Assembly (NCBI GenBank): GCA_902797685.1 | Contig: CADBTQ010000071.1 | Location: 1 to 61,740 of the forward strand | Length of the DNA stretch: 61,740 nucleotides | From: an uncultured Eubacteriales bacterium | GTDB taxonomy: Bacteria > Bacillota > Clostridia > Christensenellales > CAG-1252 | Direction of reading: 5' to 3' | In this document: positions 56,801 to 61,740 of the stretch, piece after piece | How the letters are laid out: each line of letters begins with the position of its first letter | Numbering within the stretch: position 1 is the first letter of the stretch | The notes under the pieces: generated by a model | Told to the model about the DNA's origin: nothing | Database searches by the model: none | Seen by the model: the letters and a program-made list of their open reading frames with translations, nothing else | Translations under genes and position numbers: made by a program

Positions 56801-56926
56801 ATACTCGGCGGACAGCCAAACGGTGCCGTCCGAGGGCTCGGCAAAAGCGCTCGCTCCGACAACAGTCGAAACGAGGGTCACGAGAAGTATGAGGGTGAGA
56901 ATGAGGATCCGACCGTACTTTTTCAT
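53807..56926 (-). CDS. Cell-surface protein with Ala/Tyr-rich helix, Pro-rich segment, InlB-B-like repeats and C-terminal TM
   Basis: Signal peptide; YQAYLADYQTYLADY-type heptads; PxxP tract; three YTFAGW/YQFDYW-type repeats; TM followed by RQKRRK. Confidence 0.8.
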   Translation of the reverse strand: MKKYGRILILTLILLVTLVSTVVGASAFAEPSDGTVWLSAEYLLEAAGVEVGETELPYLAGKGVRYDPRIPASAITVHAEGEGLFRVEARPVVKDNLTWTPALVRLSGVETPFVKEGNSYVCTLSASEEDALTVQYQANLTVGKDVLTSYANSAYQAALTYNKQQVDWDREYEIAWEAYRQYQAYLTAKEAYDRYKAYDMAYRAWSAADGRYQAYLADYQTYLADYRAYTDYQAALTRYGEDLAAYQAYLAEAEAYPAKAEAYRQYLANKAIADRQVALVECIKTHYTDLERSVYDAVMGSAVTEVLRESEVLTSNAVGVDKNVILAARGATIKLREWFSTYFGYDNDQQKYGYYSANYQALISNWQTLLGALENLYGNKKVALYIRQMDKERKYMILLAELAVIGNALNDNPQKNYAGQVSYLDDWKLNKQTAKQILGGEIVKDLNNATPLAGGYPREVIEPVPPQVVAEPTMPAPVAQPTPPLEVPDPGEAPQAVPVAGKPTPVAEASEPTRKTLGEEEQALVNAYKDKTLVRRTVKEDLTLPLTTTVDKQVVAESITVNFRVEGREDYVVTADRGSFVEYGGDAPTRAPDVGAYYQFDYWIDGDGQPFDLSAVDQDVVVYPHFDAITRLYTAIWRTPLGETSEIVPYGDAIVPPLSPAKKRDGNVYYTFAGWMSDSGRYFAEGDIMVGNVVYLAQFLPHTVVSEEDGKVDIRTQDESLVVDCTDNSRVEASLGEVANLARDEDKNLSVMLSGVTVDIPDYLLSDFAGQDRSIEWYSLSRDKYCAEYRLDVTDWQGNLDVEVFTDLPEGAKLLLVDGDEEREVAYTRTQEGIAFSAAAGATYRYVMQYAVSVIKPPLGMTLEVNPTLAYPEDTVIVTVSVPDGIRLTALKMSVDGSEEEIGSRFVMPRGNVTVWAEGQVERYTVTFLSDGVELDVQTATYGETITPPIPPERASDQRYSYTFAGWDKEVVPVTGDAVYTARYTSTPVVEPPLEEGRYGKKFKLILGLGIAAVVVISLAVVGVVVWAILRQKRRKNKA

Positions 56927-59694
56927 GCTTGTCCGTGTAGGCGCGCGATGGTCTTGTCGTCGATGTCGTACGTCTCAAAGGGCTTGGTATTGGGTTTACC
57001 GGTCGCGGGCGAGAAGGTATCGATGATATAGGTGGGATTTTTGTAAAAATCCAACGGATAGTTTTCGGTCACCACGTCGTACATGAAGGAGCCCAACGCC
57101 TTGCGGAAGTAGGTTTCGCCTCTCTCCATCTCAAATTGATACACGCGCATGGCTTTGGGATCGCCGAACACCCCGAACCCGTCGTGCGGATCGTAAGGCA
57201 ATTCGGGATTGACCTTCATGTTGTAGTCTTCCCAAAGACCGAACATCAGGAAGGAGAAGTTGATGTATTTTTCGCCCGACACGTCGGTGTACCAAAGCAC
57301 CGAGTTCGCCTCGTCGCGCGCCACCTCTCTCACCGCTTCGCTGACGTAGTCGCCCACGATATTGAGGATGGCGGTGATACTGGGATCGGCGGGCGGGAAA
57401 ATATTGATCTCCAATTCCTCTATCCGCTTCCAGTTATAAATATAATTCTCCCCCTCGAGGAACAGTCTGCCGAAGTAGATGTCGTCCAGCTCCTCTTGCG
57501 GCCAGTCGATCATCCCCGCCGTGGACAACAGAGCGGGAGCGATGGTGTTGGAGAAGATACAGTTTTTGATGGTCACTTCGCTATATCTGCCGTTGGGAAA
57601 GAGTTCGCCGTTTTCGTCTCTGACTCTCTCCTTGGATTGCAATAGCACGCTGGGGGCGGCGCAGTTGCGAAGGATACAGCCCTCCAAACGCAGGTTGCAC
57701 GATTCGACGTTGATATGAGCGTAAGCGTATTGGAACAAACAATAGCGGAACACGATGAGTATGTTGGGATTGTTGTAGTCGGGCGCAAGCCGTATGGGGA
57801 TACCGCCGCGGTTTTTGAGGTCCTGAAACGCTTCGGTACTGTCCGACGAGATGGGATGATACGCTTGTATCACCCAATTTTGGATCACCACGTCCACGCG
57901 TCCGTCTCTTTTGTACTCGGGCAAGGTGAGCAAATAATCGCGGAAACGCCAAGTGTCGAACATACGGTCGTCGTAATACTCGGTATGGATCTGCCCGTCG
58001 TAAGTGTATCCGTTGCCGTAAATGGAGCGATAAAACTCCAGATAGTCCACGTTTTTGGGCATGTACAGGTTGGAGTGCATGACCAAAGCCGCGGTGGACT
58101 CGTATTGTTCCACGTCCTCTCTGTATTCGTTTTGCACGTATCTGGCGTCCTCGTACAGAGCCAACAATTCCTTGGAGGGTTCGGGGTCTACGTCGGGATC
58201 GTACTCGACGTTTCTGCCCAATCCCACGTTGATACCGTTGACAAGACGGAAAGTGTAACTATCCTCGACGACGCCCACCGCGTTTTTGGCGCGGGCGGTG
58301 ATGGTGACTTCGTGCCCGATACCCTCCCTGTGGAAAGTGATCAGTCCGTTGACGTCCACTTGCGCATAAGCGGGATCGGAAGTCGCAAAAGTAAAGTTAC
58401 CCTTGAGAGGATGCGCCAACACCTCTTCGGGATAAGCGCCCGCGATCGTCAGTTGCAAAGTGTCGGTGACCTTTTTGTCCAAACAAGTGTAGATGCCGAA
58501 TACCCGCTCGCGAGCAAGCCCTCGTTTGTCATCGGCGTTGTCCAAAAAGAGATTGAAGTGTCCGATCGTCTCGCCGCCCACTTCCAAAGGTACTTGCAGC
58601 TCGCTGTACCCCTCGGCGCGGAAAGCAAAGGTCACGTTGCCTAATTCGAGCGCGTGTACCACGCCTTTGTCGTCGATGGTCGCGACCTCGGTATTCAACG
58701 AGACCCAGTCTCCCTCGACCGCGTTGCCCGCTTGGTCAAGAGCGACAAGTTGCAGATCGCCGCTCCCCTTGGGCATGATATACTCTTGCAGGTATCGGGC
58801 GTTTTGCAGCACCAGATCGCTGTCGTTGAGGCGTTTGACTTCCACCGTCTTGACGCTGCCTCTACCGCTTAGGGTAAGCACGCTTCCCGAAGGAACGGCG
58901 GAAGGATCCACCTCCTTGTCGCCCAAGTACACTTTGGTCTCGGGGTCGAGGTCGCCCGCCGTCAACAGGTCGAACGAGGCGGCGGTGGTGTAGTACACCG
59001 AGTCGTTACTCAAAGACGTTTCGCTCACGATCAAGGGGATCTGACCCGTGACCGAACCGCGGTCGGACGTTTCGATACGGCAGTTGAGGTAGGTCGCGCC
59101 CACTTTGACGGCGTGCACTACCCCGTTGGGGTCCACGGTGGCGACGTTGTCGTCGGTGACCCACCAAGAGAGTTTGGCGTCCCGCTTGCTGGCGGCGGGG
59201 ACGACGTTGCCTTTGACGGGGAAATATTCGCCCGCTTTGAGACCGACGGACGAAAGAGTGCCCCCGGCGTAATCGCTGAACTCGATACGATTGGGACGAT
59301 TGCCCGTCACGAAGAAGGTACACGAGGCAAACACCGCTTGATTGGAGCGGGAAGTCGCGCGGATCTCCACCGCTTTGTCGTATCCGTTCCAGTCAAAAGT
59401 CACCTCGGCATAGTTGCCGCGGCGCTTGACGGTGGCGACTTTGGCGTCCGAAGTCGTCCAATCCAAGTCTTTGGACGAGGCGTTGTCGGGGAAATAGGTC
59501 GCATACAACAAATACACGTTGTCCTCGTCCAAATTGACGGGAACGTACGTGACCACGTTGCCCTCCATATCGGTCAGTTTGAGGGAAGCCAATTCGATCT
59601 TGATCTCCGCCGAAATGATGGTGGAAGACACGTTGATGGTAAGCACCACCAAAAGAGGGACCAATAACAATATCGCTATCAAAACCTTTTTCAT
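56923..59694 (-). CDS. Exported protein with Big_2 Ig-like domains and a C-terminal beta-helix-like region
   Basis: WTTSDAKVATV, WVTDDNVATVDPNGVVHAV, SLNTEVATIDDKGVV, TSDPAYAQVD; later YCLF/GCIL/NCIF strands. Confidence 0.75.
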   Translation of the reverse strand: MKKVLIAILLLVPLLVVLTINVSSTIISAEIKIELASLKLTDMEGNVVTYVPVNLDEDNVYLLYATYFPDNASSKDLDWTTSDAKVATVKRRGNYAEVTFDWNGYDKAVEIRATSRSNQAVFASCTFFVTGNRPNRIEFSDYAGGTLSSVGLKAGEYFPVKGNVVPAASKRDAKLSWWVTDDNVATVDPNGVVHAVKVGATYLNCRIETSDRGSVTGQIPLIVSETSLSNDSVYYTTAASFDLLTAGDLDPETKVYLGDKEVDPSAVPSGSVLTLSGRGSVKTVEVKRLNDSDLVLQNARYLQEYIMPKGSGDLQLVALDQAGNAVEGDWVSLNTEVATIDDKGVVHALELGNVTFAFRAEGYSELQVPLEVGGETIGHFNLFLDNADDKRGLARERVFGIYTCLDKKVTDTLQLTIAGAYPEEVLAHPLKGNFTFATSDPAYAQVDVNGLITFHREGIGHEVTITARAKNAVGVVEDSYTFRLVNGINVGLGRNVEYDPDVDPEPSKELLALYEDARYVQNEYREDVEQYESTAALVMHSNLYMPKNVDYLEFYRSIYGNGYTYDGQIHTEYYDDRMFDTWRFRDYLLTLPEYKRDGRVDVVIQNWVIQAYHPISSDSTEAFQDLKNRGGIPIRLAPDYNNPNILIVFRYCLFQYAYAHINVESCNLRLEGCILRNCAAPSVLLQSKERVRDENGELFPNGRYSEVTIKNCIFSNTIAPALLSTAGMIDWPQEELDDIYFGRLFLEGENYIYNWKRIEELEINIFPPADPSITAILNIVGDYVSEAVREVARDEANSVLWYTDVSGEKYINFSFLMFGLWEDYNMKVNPELPYDPHDGFGVFGDPKAMRVYQFEMERGETYFRKALGSFMYDVVTENYPLDFYKNPTYIIDTFSPATGKPNTKPFETYDIDDKTIARLHGQA

Positions 59695-59698
59695 ACGC

Positions 59699-61354
59699 TT
59701 ACCTCTGCTCGATACTGTCGTAACTCTTGCTCAACCCCACCGACAGCCAAGCAAGCGCCGCCGCGGCAAACACCGCGGCTGCCAGCGCTTCCATACCCAA
59801 GGTAAAAGGAGCGCCGATGGTGGGCATCGCCGAGCCGACAAGACCCGCCAAACCCATCAGAGCGGAAAGGATCAGACCCACGCCCAAGGTGGTGATGGTC
59901 GCCAAGCTGCCGCCCGCGTTTTCGCCGTCTCCGCCCACGGGGAACTGGGGATGCGTCATATCCAATTTGATGGCAAACGCCGTCAGCGCCAAGGCGAACA
60001 ACAAGCCGATGCCCATGATGGCAAAGCCGTAACCCACGGGGAGTTGCTTGGTCGCCATGACGACCGTCATACACACTACGATGGAACCCGCCGCCACCAA
60101 CAAGTACAGACCCATCTTGACGAGGATCTGCCATTTGACGGGCGCGGGGGATATTTTGGTGAGATAAAACGCTTCCCCTTCGCGGCTGACGCAAGAACCC
60201 GCAAAGGACACGGTGATGGTGACGAAGATAAACAGCACCAACATCGTCAAAGCGGGTACGGTCACCTGATCGAGGGCTTTGCTGCCCACGTCGATCGCCA
60301 AACGATTGCAATAATACACCATTACGGGCGCGGCGCACGCCATCGCCAAATATTGGAAAGAGTGATTGTTGCTGCGGAAGATCTCCAAAAACTCGCGGTG
60401 GAAAATGCTGGCGATGGTCCCGCGGCGCTTGTTGCGGGTATGGTGGACGAAAGACGCCGATTCCGCCTCGATGTTGCGGAGTACCGTCACAAGATACCAC
60501 TTGTGGGTAACGAACAGCGACGCCGCGATAAGCAACAAAGTCTCCCCGATCGACACGGGGACAGACAGCGCCAAAGACGAGGGTTTGATCGTCATTTTGG
60601 CAAGCACGTTTTGGGGTGCGAACGTCATCAACATATCCACGGGCAAGCTCAACGGGTAGGCATAGTGCAGGCGATCGAGGTTTTGCAACCCGCTCTCGCT
60701 CATCAAACGCATACTTTCCCCCTTGAGGAAATTGACGACCATCTCAAACAGCGAAACGTACGCCGCGAAGAAAGCGCCAAGCAGCACCACGCTCACCACC
60801 AAATTGAAGAGATGGAAGTGTTTGACTCGCGCTCCCACTTCCATGGCGGGGATCGCCAACAAGTTGGCGACGGTCATGGGGATGATCATAGATATCGCCA
60901 AATAGACGGGCATCAACAGATAAAACCGCCAGCCCGCGTTGATGGCGATACCGAACATGATGGTGACGGGCAACAAAAGCGCCAAAGTCGCTATACTCAA
61001 CCCCACCGCCAGAGTCACCACTTTGGCAATATACATACTGCGCCCCGTGACCGGGAATCTCAGCAGCAGTTCGTTGTCTCCGCTGTGGTACAAACTCTTG
61101 ACCGTGGACGAGATGGCCAATACCAACATCGCCACCTCGAAAACGAGGTGATAGGTCAACATGAACTGGTAGTCCATGTGATAAACGTGAAACATGGCGA
61201 TCAACGAATTGACGCCGAACAACAACAACGCGTATATCCCTCCGAATAACAAAAAGGACAGCGTGTACTTGATGATCGCTTTTTTGCGTGGGGCACCCCG
61301 CATGCCGTAGCGTGCCTTCAGCTCGAGCTTGATGAGTGCGGCGGTATTGCTCAT
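59699..61354 (-). CDS. Putative ABC-2-type exporter permease
   Basis: About 12-14 TM segments; LY.SGDNELLLRFPV...IAK, REF..IFR, VSREGEAFYL.K.SP motifs; SD ggagg. Confidence 0.8.
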   Translation of the reverse strand: MSNTAALIKLELKARYGMRGAPRKKAIIKYTLSFLLFGGIYALLLFGVNSLIAMFHVYHMDYQFMLTYHLVFEVAMLVLAISSTVKSLYHSGDNELLLRFPVTGRSMYIAKVVTLAVGLSIATLALLLPVTIMFGIAINAGWRFYLLMPVYLAISMIIPMTVANLLAIPAMEVGARVKHFHLFNLVVSVVLLGAFFAAYVSLFEMVVNFLKGESMRLMSESGLQNLDRLHYAYPLSLPVDMLMTFAPQNVLAKMTIKPSSLALSVPVSIGETLLLIAASLFVTHKWYLVTVLRNIEAESASFVHHTRNKRRGTIASIFHREFLEIFRSNNHSFQYLAMACAAPVMVYYCNRLAIDVGSKALDQVTVPALTMLVLFIFVTITVSFAGSCVSREGEAFYLTKISPAPVKWQILVKMGLYLLVAAGSIVVCMTVVMATKQLPVGYGFAIMGIGLLFALALTAFAIKLDMTHPQFPVGGDGENAGGSLATITTLGVGLILSALMGLAGLVGSAMPTIGAPFTLGMEALAAAVFAAAALAWLSVGLSKSYDSIEQR

Positions 61355-61356
61355 AC

Positions 61357-61740
61357 TTACGCCTCCGGGGTCGGCTCCACGGCGGAAGACGACTCGTCTT
61401 CGTCCATGATCGAGCGGAACTTCCGCTCCAAGTCTTCCCTCGCGCCCTCTTGTTTGAGATCCACGATCTCGCGCAAAGTGCCGTCTTTGATGATGGCGAC
61501 GCGGTCGCAAAGACGAGCGACCAAGTCGATGTTGTGCGAGGAGAAAAACACCGTGTTGCCCTTGTCGCAATGGGCGCGCATACGGTCGATGATCTCAAAG
61601 ATGGATTGGGGATCCAAGCCCACCATCGGTTCGTCCAGCACCCACAATTTGGGCTCGTGGATCAACGCCGCGATGATACAGATCTTTTGTTTCATGCCGT
61701 GGCTGTAACCCATGATCTGACGATCCAACGCCTTTTCCAA
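61357..61740 (-). CDS. ABC transporter ATP-binding protein (5'-truncated by the window edge)
   Basis: YSHGMKQK signature, VLDEPMVGLDP Walker B/D-loop, FFSSH. Confidence 0.92.
   Translation of the reverse strand: MEKALDRQIMGYSHGMKQKICIIAALIHEPKLWVLDEPMVGLDPQSIFEIIDRMRAHCDKGNTVFFSSHNIDLVARLCDRVAIIKDGTLREIVDLKQEGAREDLERKFRSIMDEDESSSAVEPTPEA

Overview
GC-rich (roughly 55-60% by eye) bacterial chromosome segment. spoVT-yabM-yabN synteny, a DnaD protein, gpmI, a sigma-G-like promoter and a BclA-like collagen protein point to a sporulating Clostridia/Bacillota organism, probably an uncultured gut-type lineage (inference). Most of it is housekeeping: rsmI, tRNA m6A37 methyltransferase, dnaD-like, nadE, folA, gltX, typA, pgk-tpiA-gpmI, short aspS, dusB and mazG. 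There is also an ECF sigma/anti-sigma/lipoprotein module and a cluster of ABC exporter plus very large surface proteins at the right end. I saw no rRNA, tRNA, CRISPR array, transposase, integrase or phage genes. The unusual signal is mostly in non-coding and repeat structure. (1) A head-to-head array of short, all-different hairpins joined by a constant 7-nt linker GTGAWAT/GCGATAT lies at 27878-28452. (2) A REP-like element occurs both intergenically and in-frame four times inside two unrelated acidic proteins, encoding xTLESAxAxLGMT. (3) A dispersed ~97-bp ERIC-like hairpin family has outer stems that are copies of local flanking DNA. (4) The dnaD leader carries 3x81-bp repeats. (5) A 36-bp putative ECF promoter occurs twice. 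(6) An uncharacterised ~150-aa cytoplasmic domain is shared by two membrane-anchored proteins. (7) One surface protein has an Antigen I/II-like stalk. (8) A ~1590-codon double phosphoesterase is split by a single in-frame TAA. (9) An HSL-type esterase has Asp in place of its catalytic Ser. All product calls come from recognising motifs by eye, not from database searches.
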